DNA of 64,000 nt from Buchnera aphidicola (Pentalonia nigronervosa) (GTDB lineage: Bacteria > Pseudomonadota > Gammaproteobacteria > Enterobacterales > Enterobacteriaceae). Both the position numbers and the translations under genes were made by a program. Of this stretch, positions 35,038-45,826 are shown piece after piece. Numbering within the stretch: position 1 is the stretch's first letter; every line of letters begins with the position of its first letter. The notes beneath the pieces were generated by a model. That model ran no database searches, was not told the origin of the DNA, and saw only the letters and a list, made by a program, of their open reading frames with translations. The stretch spans positions 37,471 through 101,470 of the forward strand of contig CP061275.1 of assembly GCA_014622685.1 (NCBI GenBank). The letters run 5' to 3'.

Positions 35038-35695
35038 GTTTGTTTTATGACTCTTTTTGATTGAATGAAAAAATATCAAATTAATAATATAATTAAGCGT
35101 ATTTATAAAGTATGTATTATCTATGTTATAAATTAGATATCATAATATAGAATGGTTTTATTAATGAATAGAACATATAATTAGGTATTAATATTTTATA
35201 AGTAATTAAAAAATTGACGAGTTTAGAAGATAGTATCGTTTATTTTAATCAAATTGATTGTTTGAATTAAACTGTTTTTAGAATTTTTATTTAATCAGGA
35301 TTTTTATTTTTTATGTAAAAGTAATGTTATTTTATTTTTTAAAAATATACTTCTATTGTTTTTTTAAAAACATCATTTTTAATTATTATTTAAAGCAAAA
35401 TTGCAGATTTAATACATAGAAATAATAAAAAATATATTTTCTGGATATTAGATATATATGTAATACTAAAACGTTTAATACTAATTTTAGTGAGCGCAAT
35501 AGTTAAAATTATTTGTTTAATTAATTTTTATAACATAATGATTGTAATTAATGCAATAATTAAAAAATAAATGTTTATTTTTAATTATATATTAAAGTTA
35601 TATTTATTGAATATATTTTATCGATTTCATGAAAATTAATATATTATTTATAGTTTTAATATAATTTCATTCACATTAAAAAATCAGTTAATACT

Positions 35696-36229
35696 ATGAA
35701 GCACACTATTAAAATTGTTATTTCTGAAAAAGCGCTTAATACGCGTGTTAAAGAATTAGGGCAAGAGATTACTGAAAAATATCGCTATAGTCGAAATAAA
35801 ATAATATTAATTGCATTGTTACGTGGTTCATTTATTTTTATTGCAGATTTATGTCGAAGAATTAATATTGCGCATGAAATTGATTTTTTGACGACTTCTA
35901 GTTATGGTCAAGGAATTATATCTAGTGGAGATGTAAAAATTATAAAAGATTTAAATGAAGATATTTATAATAAAAATGTTTTAATTGTAGAAGATATAAT
36001 TGATTCAGGAAACACCTTAAGTAAGATATTATCTATTTTAAAGCTTCGTCATCCAAAATCTGTGTCGATTTGTACTCTTTTAGATAAACCAGAATGTCGT
36101 GAAGTAGATATTCATATTGATTTTACAGGATTTTCTATACCAGATGAATTTATGGTTGGTTATGGGATTGATTATGCTCAATCATATCGTTATTTGCCGT
36201 ATATTGGAAAAGTGATTTTTTTAAAATAA
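35696..36229 (+). CDS. hpt: Hypoxanthine phosphoribosyltransferase
   Basis: 177 aa with the [18 protein letters not shown] loop. Confidence 0.95.
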   Translation: MKHTIKIVISEKALNTRVKELGQEITEKYRYSRNKIILIALLRGSFIFIADLCRRINIAHEIDFLTTSSYGQGIISSGDVKIIKDLNEDIYNKNVLIVEDIIDSGNTLSKILSILKLRHPKSVSICTLLDKPECREVDIHIDFTGFSIPDEFMVGYGIDYAQSYRYLPYIGKVIFLK

Positions 36230-36604
36230 AAATTATTTTTTTATTAGACTGTACATAATTAATTTAACAAATTTTTATTATTTATGTCAATTTTTGTTGA
36301 TTGAGAAATTTATATAAATCAAAGTATTAATTCCTTTATATTTTGAAAATTATAACTATAATTTAATATAACTTTTAAAAATATAGAAGATTAAAAGTCA
36401 AATCTAATTTTTTAATAAAACCAACATAAAATTTAACGTTTTATTAAATCAATGCTGTATTCTCTAAAGTCGAATTATAGAAAAATAAAATGCAGTATTT
36501 AATAATATAAAATTTGTTGATTTTGTTCATTTTGGTTTTTCATTATAAATTTAGTAATTCTTTTTAAATTAACTATTCCAAAAAAAATATAGAATATCAG
36601 AAAA

Positions 36605-36642
36605 GGATATTCGAAATAGTTAAATATATTAATCGAATATCC
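36605..36642 (-). terminator. Candidate Rho-independent terminator of dksA (ggatattcga / tcgaatatcc)
   Basis: Perfect 10-bp stem with an 18-nt loop, 27 nt downstream of the dksA stop. On the minus strand it is followed by ttttctg. Confidence 0.5.
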
Positions 36643-36668
36643 TAGAATATGTATTTTTTATGTTTATA

Positions 36669-37124
36669 TTAACCTGTCATTTGTTTTTTTCGAATTTCTG
36701 CTAATGTTTTGCAATCAATACAGAGCTTTGCTGTTGGTCTTGCTTCTAAGCGCCGAATACCAATTTCAATACCACAAGAGTCGCAATAACCAAAATCTTT
36801 ATTTTTAATTCTTAATAATGTATGTTCAATTTTCTTGATCAATTTGCGACTTCGATCTCGATTGCGCAACTCTAAACTAAATTCTTCTTCTTGTGTTGCC
36901 CGATCTATCGGGTCTGGAAAATTTGTTGCTTTTTCTTGTATATTAAAGAAAGTGTGGTTAATTTCATTTTTTAGTTGGTTTTTCCATGTTTTAAGAATTT
37001 TGTAAAAATGTGATATTTGTGCTTTGTTCATATATGTTTCATTATTTTTTTTTTTATATGGTTGTAATCCTGCAACAGAAATAACATTTAAAGATGATGT
37101 TTTTTCATTATTTTCTTGTGCCAT
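36669..37124 (-). CDS. dksA: RNA polymerase-binding transcription factor DksA
   Basis: Has the C4 zinc finger CDSCGIEI...CIDC and [22 protein letters not shown] lies 6 nt upstream of ATG 37124; ORF-track ATG 37136 is an alternative start. Confidence 0.95.
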   Translation of the reverse strand: MAQENNEKTSSLNVISVAGLQPYKKKNNETYMNKAQISHFYKILKTWKNQLKNEINHTFFNIQEKATNFPDPIDRATQEEEFSLELRNRDRSRKLIKKIEHTLLRIKNKDFGYCDSCGIEIGIRRLEARPTAKLCIDCKTLAEIRKKQMTG

Positions 37125-37544
37125 AGTTTTCTCCATAACGGTATGTTTATTAAAAATTAACTTGTTAAATTATATTTTTAAAAAATACTGTTTCAACTTA
37201 TTTTCATTTTATGCGATGAAATTTTTAATTAGATATTTTTAAGAATAGACGATAATTTATATGTTTTAAGACATATGGTTTTATGCATGTAATTAAGAAT
37301 GTATGTGTAAGATAAAATATTAATTTACATCTTGTGAAATAAATCTAATTAATTTTTTAAGTGCTTATGATAAAGTGTTTAAATACTAGGTATAAAGTAT
37401 TTTTTTGATTTTTATAGAACATTAAATAATATTAGTAATATTAACATAAATTATAATTAAATATATTTTTTTAAAAAATAAAGAAATTTCATTTTTTGAT
37501 ATAAACTTTTATTTTATAAATTTTTAAATGGGGCGATTTTTTGA

Positions 37545-38345
37545 ATGAAAAAACATCAAATTAAAAAATTTGCTTTAGGGATAGAGTACGATGGCAGTGC
37601 ATATCATGGCTGGCAACGTCAAAAAACAGTACCTAGTATACAAGAAGAAATAGAAAATGTGCTTTCTTACATTGCTAATCATAAAGTTAAAGTAACATGT
37701 GCAGGTCGAACTGATGCTGGAGTACATAGTATTGGTCAAGTAGTGCATTTTAATACGACTTCGAATCGAAATGAATCATCTTGGACTGTAGGTGTAAATA
37801 GTTATTTATCACACAACATCGCTGTTAAATGGATTAAAGAAGTACCAAAACATTTTAATGCGCGTTATAGCGCTGTTACTCGTACTTATCGTTATATAAT
37901 ATATAATTATAGTTTTCGTTCTTCGATTTTCTATAATAAATCAAATCATATTTATAAAAAATTAAATACAGATGATATGTTTTTCGAATCGCAATATTTA
38001 TTAGGTGAACATGATTTTTCGTCATTTAGAGCTATTGGTTGTCAATCATATTCTCCTTGGAGAAAAATAACGCAATTAAATGTTTATCGTCGAAATAATT
38101 GGGTGATTATTGAGATTACAGCTAATTCATTTTTGCATCATATGGTACGAAATATTGTTGGTGTATTGATTGAAATAGGTTTGGCTAAAAGAAAAAAATA
38201 CTGGATGCAGGAATTACTAAAAAAAAAGAATAGATTGTATGCTGGAATTACTGCTCCATCAAAAGGTTTATATTTATCTTTTGTAGAATATCCTGCTTAT
38301 TTTAATCTACCACAAATGTCATATGTTCCTGTATTTTTATCTTAA
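37545..38345 (+). CDS. truA: tRNA pseudouridine(38-40) synthase
   Basis: 266 aa with the GRTDAGVH catalytic Asp motif and GWQRQ. Confidence 0.95.
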   Translation: MKKHQIKKFALGIEYDGSAYHGWQRQKTVPSIQEEIENVLSYIANHKVKVTCAGRTDAGVHSIGQVVHFNTTSNRNESSWTVGVNSYLSHNIAVKWIKEVPKHFNARYSAVTRTYRYIIYNYSFRSSIFYNKSNHIYKKLNTDDMFFESQYLLGEHDFSSFRAIGCQSYSPWRKITQLNVYRRNNWVIIEITANSFLHHMVRNIVGVLIEIGLAKRKKYWMQELLKKKNRLYAGITAPSKGLYLSFVEYPAYFNLPQMSYVPVFLS

Positions 38346-38374
38346 ATAACGTTTTTTAAACATTTTATAGCGTC

Positions 38375-38400
38375 GTTGTTGCGATATATAGTCGCACAAC
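38375..38400 (+). terminator. Weak hairpin after truA
   Basis: gttgttgcga pairs with tcgcacaac: 9 bp with one bulge and a 7-nt loop, followed by aatttt. Confidence 0.3.
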
Positions 38401-38475
38401 AATTTTAATATAGAATATTACATTGTTATTTTTTAATTTTAGAAAATATTTAGTTAAAATTAAGAGTATTTTTAA

Positions 38476-40835
38476 ATGTACATTTTAAAAAAAAAATTAA
38501 AAATTTTAATTTTTTTATTGTTAATAATATTTGTATTATATGGTTTGTATTTATACCATAAAATACACAAGTTAATTAGTGGATCAGTATGGATTTTTCC
38601 TACTGAAATATACAGTCGTATAATCAATTTCGAACCAGGTTCTTTGTGTTCAAAAAGACAAATGTCATCGTTGTTAGCACAATCTATGTATCAAAAAGTA
38701 CATCATGTTATGTTACCAGGTGAATATAGATTAAGTAAAAACAGCATAGAATTAATACGACGTGCTTTTGATTTTCCAGATTTTAACGAAGGTGAGTTTC
38801 ATGTCAAGTTGTATTTTAGGAAAAAACATTTAAAAAAAATTAAAAATATTGAAAGCAATCGTAATTTTAGTTTTTTTCGATTAGATCCAAAATTAATTAC
38901 AATATTAAAATCAAAAGGAAAAGAAAATCGTATATTTTTTGATCGATCAAAATATCCAGACATACTTATTAAAACATTATTAGCAATTGAAGATAAACGT
39001 TTTTATAATCATATAGGTATAAATATTTCTTCTATAGCTAGAGCGTTTTTAGCAAATATATCTTCTGGTCGAATGATACAAGGAGGAAGCACTTTAACTC
39101 AACAGTTAATAAAAAATCTTTTTTTAACTAATGATCGTTCCATATGGAGAAAAATTAATGAAATTTATATGTCATTAATTTTAGAATGTTTTTATGAAAA
39201 AGATCGCATTTTAGAGTTGTATTTAAACGCAGTTTATTTAGGTCAGGTTGGGAATCAACAAATTCGGGGATTTCCGTTAGCTAGTTTATATTATTTTGGA
39301 AGACCTATAAATGAATTAAATTTAGATCAGTATGCTTTGTTGGTAGGGATGGTAAAAGGTGCATCGATATACAATCCCTGGACGCATCCTGCATCTGCGT
39401 TGATTAGAAGAAACATCGTTTTATTATCTTTATATCATCAAAAATATATTACTAAAAATGTATATGATGATTTATCTAATAGATCTTTAAACGTTCAATC
39501 TAGAAACAGTGTGCTTGCATCCTATTCTGATTTTTTACAAAGAGTGTATTTAGAATTAAAAAAAAATGCATATTTCAATTAAACATACTGCGAATATAAA
39601 AATATTTACAACATTTGATTTAATATCACAAAACGCAATAGAACGCGCAGCAAGAATAGGAATTAAATTATTAAAAGAGAAAAAAAATTAAAAGATTTAG
39701 AGATTGCTATGATAGTAGTTAATAAACATACTGGAGAAATTCAATCTTTTATTGGTAGTTCTCGACCAAATTTTTATGGTTATAATCGTGCTTTACAGGC
39801 ACGTCGTTCTATTGGTTCTTTATCAAAAATTATAACATACTTAACTATCTTATCTGAACCAAAAGAGTATCATTTTAATACCTGGGCTTCTGATTGTCCA
39901 ATTTTTATTAAATTAAATAAAAACAAATATTGGATACCAAAAAATAATAATCATCATTTTATCGGAAAAGTTATGTTAATAGATGCTTTAATTAATTCTA
40001 TGAACATACCAATATTAAATTTAATTTTAGACGTAAGTTTAAAAAATATAATTCAAAATCGATGTAATCTTGGCATCGAAAAAAGTAAAATTCCTTTTCT
40101 ACCGTCAACATCTTTAGGTGCGATTAATTTAACTCCGATAGAAGTAGCACAAGTTTTTCAAGTAATTGCAGATAATGAAAAAAAAGCATTATTATCTTCG
40201 GTTAATGCTGTTGTGTTCAATACTGGAAAAGTATTATATTAAAACACACCGCAAGCAAAACGTATAGTTTCATCTGAGGTAAGTTATTTAATATTATATG
40301 CTATGCAGGAAGTTGTAAATCATGGTACTGCGCAGTCGTTGGGGAGCATTTTTAAAAAATTTTTTTAGCCGGTACAACCGGAAAAACTAATAATTTAATA
40401 GATAGTTGGTTTGTTAGAATTGATGGAAAAAATGTAATGATTATTTGGATTGGAAGAGATAGCAATAAATCTATTAAGTTATATGGTTCTTCTGGCGCAA
40501 TGCAAATTTATAAAAAATATCTTGAGTATTATAGTACAACGCCATTAGAATTAAAAGCGCCTAGACATATTAAAATTTTTTATGTTGATAAATTCGGAAA
40601 ATTGTTTTGTACAAGTAATGTTCAAAATAGTCTAGAATTGCCAATATGGTTTGTAAAAAATTATAACTTTTGTAAACATCAAATTTTATTGTCATCTCAT
40701 TTAGCGAGAATAAATAAGAATAAGAACATTTTTTTGGTTAAAAAATTTTTTAAAACAAAGGGAATTATTGTAAGAATTTATTTATCGTGTATTCAAAATA
40801 AAAAATATGTTTTAATTATATGCATTCTTATATAA
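38476..40835 (+). pseudogene. mrcB: Penicillin-binding protein 1B: intact glycosyltransferase half, disrupted transpeptidase half
   Basis: Three ORFs (38476..39582, 39709..40242, 40437..40835) plus inter-ORF frames are collinear with E. coli PBP1b. The GT51 motifs EDKRFYNHIGI, GGSTLTQQ and RKINE are intact. Breaks occur at A9 39558-66, A8 39680-87, TAA 40240-42 and A6T7 40354-66. The KTG box reads TTG. Confidence 0.88.
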
Positions 40836-41069
40836 TATTTTTTTTGAAAAAAGATATTTTAAATAGGATTAATTTTATTTGAATATAAGTTTTTTGGGTT
40901 TTTTAATAGTATATACATAATATAAAATTGTTATACTAATAAATATTTTTACATATTTTTTATAAAATTGATTGAAAATAAAAAATATACTAGTGAAATT
41001 TATATCATTTAATTAGTAATATATTTTTTATATCATTAAAATTAAAATTTTGAATATGAGAATTATAAT

Positions 41070-43610
41070 ATGCTGAGGAAATGGTTTACGAAGATATTTG
41101 GCAATCGTAATGATCGAATTTTAAAAAAGTTAAAAAAAATAGTGTTATCTATTAATCAATTAGAAAAAAAATTTTCAAAATTATCAGATAAAAAATTAAA
41201 AGAAAATACAAAATGGTTTCGTAGTCGTTTAGATAATGGTGAAACTTTAAATGATTTATTACCTGAAGCGTTTGCAACAGTTAGAGAAGCAAGTAAGCGT
41301 GTTTTTTCAATGCGGCATTTTGATGTACAAATACTTGGCGGAATAGTATTAAATGAAAGATGTATAGCAGAGATGCGTACTGGAGAAGGAAAAACTTTAA
41401 CTTCGACATTACCAGCATATTTAAATGCATTAGATGGAAATGGTGTTCATATAGTCACGATGAATGATTATTTAGCGCATCGAGATGCTGAAAAAAATAC
41501 TGTATTATTTAACTTTCTTGGTTTAAAGGTTGGCTTAAATTTATCTGGTATGTCATTTTCCGATAAAAAAGATGCGTATTTGTCAGATATAACTTATGGA
41601 ACAAATAATGAGTATGGATTCGATTATTTACGTGACAACATGGTGTTTTCTGCAACGGAAAGAGTACAGAGAAAGTTAAATTATGCATTGGTAGACGAAG
41701 TAGATTCAATTTTAATAGACGAAGCACGAACACCTTTGATTATTTCTGGTCCAGCAGAAGGTAATTCTACTTTGTATCAGGAAATTGATAGAATTACTCC
41801 TTATTTAATTGCGCAAGAAAAAGATGATTCGGACATGTTTCATGGTAAGGGGGATTTTTTTGTTGATGAAAAGTTAAAACAAGTATATTTAACAGAAAGA
41901 GGATTGATTAAAATTGAGAAAATATTATTTCAAAAAAAGTTAATTAAAACTGATGAATCGTTGTACTCTTCTAATAATATAATATTAATGCATCATGTTA
42001 TATCTGCATTACGCGCGCATAATTTATTTATTCGTGATGTCGATTATTTAGTTAAAGATAATGAAATAATTATTGTAGATGAGCATACAGGTCGAACTAT
42101 GCCTGGTCGAAGATGGTCAGATGGATTGCATCAAGCAATCGAAGCAAAAGAACATGTTTTTATAAAAGATGAAAATCGAACATTAGCATCTATTACGTTT
42201 CAAAATTATTTTCGGTTGTATAAAAAAATTGCGGGTATGACTGGAACAGCTGCTACTGAAGCATTTGAATTTAGTTCTATTTATAATCTTGATACAATAG
42301 TCATACCAACAAATAAACCAATGATTCGAGAAGACATGCCAGATTTAGTATATATTACTGAACAGGAAAAAATGCATGCTATCATAGAAGACATAAAAAA
42401 ATGTATAACATTAAAAAAACCGGTTTTAGTCGGAACAGTTTCAATTGAAAAATCAGAAATGATTTCTCAAAAATTAATTAAGTTAAAAATTAAACATAAT
42501 GTTTTAAATGCTAAGTTTCATGCTAAAGAAGCTGAGATTATAGCACAAGCTGGCAAACCTCAAGCAGTTACAATTGCAACTAATATGGCCGGTCGCGGAA
42601 CAGATATAGTACTTGGTGGAAATTTAGAGGTTGAATTAAATAAGAATTTGGGACTTGATTCGAATAAATTAAAAAAAATTACACAAAAGTGGAAAAAAGA
42701 ACATGATGCTGTTTTATTGTCTGGCGGTTTGCATATAATCGGTACAGAACGTCATGAGGCACGTCGTATTGATAATCAATTACGGGGTCGATCTGGTCGT
42801 CAGGGCGATCGCGGCTCTTCACGTTTTTATATTTCTATGGAAGATGGATTAATGCGTATTTTTGCTTCTGATAAAATTGTTAATATAATGAAGAAAATTG
42901 GTGTGTCATTAAATGAAGCTATTGAACATCCATGGATTACGAAAGCCATAGAAAACGCTCAAAAAAAAGTAGAAAATCGTAATTTTGATATTCGCAAGCA
43001 ATTATTGGAATACGATGACGTTATTAATGAACAACGTCATGCCATTTATACTCAACGGAATAAATTAATTGATTCGAATCATGTTCAAGAAATCGTTTAT
43101 AAAACGTTTCGAGACGTTTTTAAAAAAATTATTTCTACATATATATTTCATGATACTGATATTAACGATAAAAATCTTATTGATTTAGAGAATAAATTAA
43201 ATATCGATTTTTTTTTAAACATATCTATTATCGGTTTTTGTAAAATTCGATCTAATCTTAAAAAAGATAAGATAACTGATCAAGTAATTAATACTGTAAT
43301 GCAAAAATATAAGATACAAGAAGATTTAATAGGTGAAAAAAATATACGTGTAATAGAAAAGTATATAATACTACAAACATTAGATTCTTTTTGGGTTGAT
43401 CATTTATCTGCAGTAGATTATTTACGACAAGGAATTCATCTACGTGGATATGCGCAAAAAGATCCAAAACAAGAATATACACGAGAATCTTTTGAGATGT
43501 TTTCAAACATGTTAGAATCATTTAAATATGAAATTGTTCTCATATTAAGTAAAATTAATTTATCTTATGTAAAAAAATACATTAATTTACATAAAAATTT
43601 ATTTTTATAA
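41070..43610 (+). CDS. secA: Preprotein translocase ATPase SecA (no C-terminal zinc-finger tail)
   Basis: 846 aa with MRTGEGKTL Walker [20 protein letters not shown] and GRSGRQGD. The protein ends soon after ..[18 protein letters not shown]... Confidence 0.97.
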   Translation: MLRKWFTKIFGNRNDRILKKLKKIVLSINQLEKKFSKLSDKKLKENTKWFRSRLDNGETLNDLLPEAFATVREASKRVFSMRHFDVQILGGIVLNERCIAEMRTGEGKTLTSTLPAYLNALDGNGVHIVTMNDYLAHRDAEKNTVLFNFLGLKVGLNLSGMSFSDKKDAYLSDITYGTNNEYGFDYLRDNMVFSATERVQRKLNYALVDEVDSILIDEARTPLIISGPAEGNSTLYQEIDRITPYLIAQEKDDSDMFHGKGDFFVDEKLKQVYLTERGLIKIEKILFQKKLIKTDESLYSSNNIILMHHVISALRAHNLFIRDVDYLVKDNEIIIVDEHTGRTMPGRRWSDGLHQAIEAKEHVFIKDENRTLASITFQNYFRLYKKIAGMTGTAATEAFEFSSIYNLDTIVIPTNKPMIREDMPDLVYITEQEKMHAIIEDIKKCITLKKPVLVGTVSIEKSEMISQKLIKLKIKHNVLNAKFHAKEAEIIAQAGKPQAVTIATNMAGRGTDIVLGGNLEVELNKNLGLDSNKLKKITQKWKKEHDAVLLSGGLHIIGTERHEARRIDNQLRGRSGRQGDRGSSRFYISMEDGLMRIFASDKIVNIMKKIGVSLNEAIEHPWITKAIENAQKKVENRNFDIRKQLLEYDDVINEQRHAIYTQRNKLIDSNHVQEIVYKTFRDVFKKIISTYIFHDTDINDKNLIDLENKLNIDFFLNISIIGFCKIRSNLKKDKITDQVINTVMQKYKIQEDLIGEKNIRVIEKYIILQTLDSFWVDHLSAVDYLRQGIHLRGYAQKDPKQEYTRESFEMFSNMLESFKYEIVLILSKINLSYVKKYINLHKNLFL

Positions 43611-44570
43611 TTACACAATTTTTATTTTAGTCAAAATAATATTTTTTACATGTGGTTCAAAAAAAATGCAAATATTGTCTGGTTTTTTTAAGTATACATA
43701 TTTAGAATAATTTTATATGTATTTAAAATCTTTAATATCTTATATATTTCTAGAATACCAAAATTCAAAAATTACATTTTTGTACATCATATGATTTATT
43801 AATACTTGATATAAATAAAAATTTTTTTATTTAAACGTTAATTAGTTATTAATCGTTTTGTATAGATTTTCTATTATTAAATTTTAGATTTATATATATT
43901 TTAAAGATGACAATATTTTAATATTTTTATGAAATAATACTTTTTATTTTAAAAAATATTTAAACAAATTATAAAGTATTATTTACTTAATTTATAAAAA
44001 ATTATGTTGTTATTTAGTATATGTTATTTTTTGATCGATAATAACATTATCTAGCATTATAATACTTTTTTAATAATTTTAAATATAATGATTTTAGCAT
44101 TGTTTAAAATTGTGTTATTTTTCAAATTATACGTTGTATTTAAATATTTGCAATTTATGTTTATTAAAAATGTGATTATTTAATTTTTTAACAAATTATT
44201 GTATTTGTTTGTATGTGTTAATTAATTTAGTATTTTATTAAGTTTTATTGATGTATTTTTAAATATAATAAGTTTTAATTATAGTTAATATTTTTTTAAT
44301 AAAACATAAGCAATTTGAATATAATATTTTTTAATAGAATATATATTACTAGATTGATTTTTTTAATTTTTTTAGTAATTATAAGCGGTATTTTTTTGAA
44401 TGTCTATATTTTCAGTAAATGTTATAATATGAATTATAATTTTTCTTAAAATACATACATTTTTATTATTTTAAAATTTAAATATTGTCATATAATTTAT
44501 CTATTAAAAAATATTAAATATGTTATTTAAAAAAGTTATTTATGATGTTTTATAATAGGATTTTGATTTT

Positions 44571-45620
44571 ATGCGTATTGAAGAGGATATTAAATTAGGT
44601 TTTAAGGATGTGTTAATTCGCCCAAAACGTTCTACATTAAAAAGTCGTGCACAAGTAGACTTAATTCGTTGTTTTTCTTTTAAACATTCAAAAAAAACAT
44701 GGTCTGGAATTCCAATTATTGCTTCAAATATGGATACTATTGGTACTTTTGAAATGGTTAATGTTTTATCTGAATTTAACATATTGACTGCAATTCACAA
44801 ATATTACTCTTTACAAGATTGGAAAAACTTTGTTGATTCGTCATCTACAAATATTTTGAATCATGTCATTGTATCCATTGGCACTTCTGATCAAGATTTT
44901 TTAAAAATTAGGAATATTTTTTTGTTATCTTCTGATCTAAAATATATTTGTATTGATGTCGCAAACGGTTATTCTGAGCATTTTGTATCTTTTTTAAAAT
45001 CTATTAGAGATTATTTTTCAGATAAAATTATTTGTGCAGGTAATGTATCTACTGGTGAGATGGTTGAAGAATTAATACTTTCTGGAGCTGATGTGGTTAA
45101 AGTAGGAATTGGTCCCGGTTCGGTATGTACGACGCGAGTAAAAACGGGTGTTGGTTATCCGCAGTTATCAGCGATTATAGAATGTGCTGATGCTGCACAT
45201 GGATTGGGTGGGCATATTATTAGTGATGGAGGATGTACAGTTTCTGGTGATATAGCGAAAGCTTTTGGAGGTGGATCAGATTTTGTGATGTTAGGCGGCA
45301 TGCTTGCAGGCCACAATGAATGTTCTGGAAAGATAATAGAAGAACAATCAAAAAAATTTATGTTGTTTTATGGAATGAGTTCTACATCCGCAATGACACG
45401 TTATGTAGGAAAAGTTGCTGGTTATCGTGCTTCGGAAGGTAAAATGGTTAAGGTGCCTTTTCGTGGTCATGTTAACATTACTATACGTGATATTTTAGGA
45501 GGTTTGCGTTCATCTTGTACTTATGTTGGTGCAGAAAAGTTAAAAGAATTAACAAAAAGAACAACATTTATAAGAGTAACTGAACAAGAGAATCGTATAT
45601 TTAACATGGTTAAATCATAA
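44571..45620 (+). CDS. guaC: GMP reductase
   Basis: 349 aa with the [11 protein letters not shown] catalytic Cys loop. [21 protein letters not shown] is as in E. coli GuaC. Confidence 0.96.
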   Translation: MRIEEDIKLGFKDVLIRPKRSTLKSRAQVDLIRCFSFKHSKKTWSGIPIIASNMDTIGTFEMVNVLSEFNILTAIHKYYSLQDWKNFVDSSSTNILNHVIVSIGTSDQDFLKIRNIFLLSSDLKYICIDVANGYSEHFVSFLKSIRDYFSDKIICAGNVSTGEMVEELILSGADVVKVGIGPGSVCTTRVKTGVGYPQLSAIIECADAAHGLGGHIISDGGCTVSGDIAKAFGGGSDFVMLGGMLAGHNECSGKIIEEQSKKFMLFYGMSSTSAMTRYVGKVAGYRASEGKMVKVPFRGHVNITIRDILGGLRSSCTYVGAEKLKELTKRTTFIRVTEQENRIFNMVKS

Positions 45621-45826
45621 AACATATTTTTATAATTATTTTTATGGAGAAAATATTAATAACATTATATGTTTTTATATGTTTCATTTTTATTGGTTTT
45701 GTAATTTTTATAGATAGTTAATTTTATTTTCGAAAAGTACTACAATAATCTTGTTATATAAAAGTAAAATTAACATTTTTATATTAATTTAGTTTTTACA
45801 AATATAATTTATAAGGAATTTATACC

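Noticed and set aside
35100-35140. dif-like or DnaA-box-like AT-rich motifs
   Set aside because: There are only partial matches to the consensus sequences, as expected by chance at this base composition.
35038-35695. A thr leader peptide or attenuator upstream of thrA
   Set aside because: The minus strand upstream of thrA has no Thr/Ile-rich mini-ORF and no alternative hairpins. It has only an AAAGAG Shine-Dalgarno-like element.
43640-43700. Possible mutT remnant (frame reading ..FYMWFKKNANIVWFF*) just after secA
   Set aside because: Only a 3-4 residue resemblance to MutT (LWFW), at the wrong relative position in the gene. This is indistinguishable from chance.
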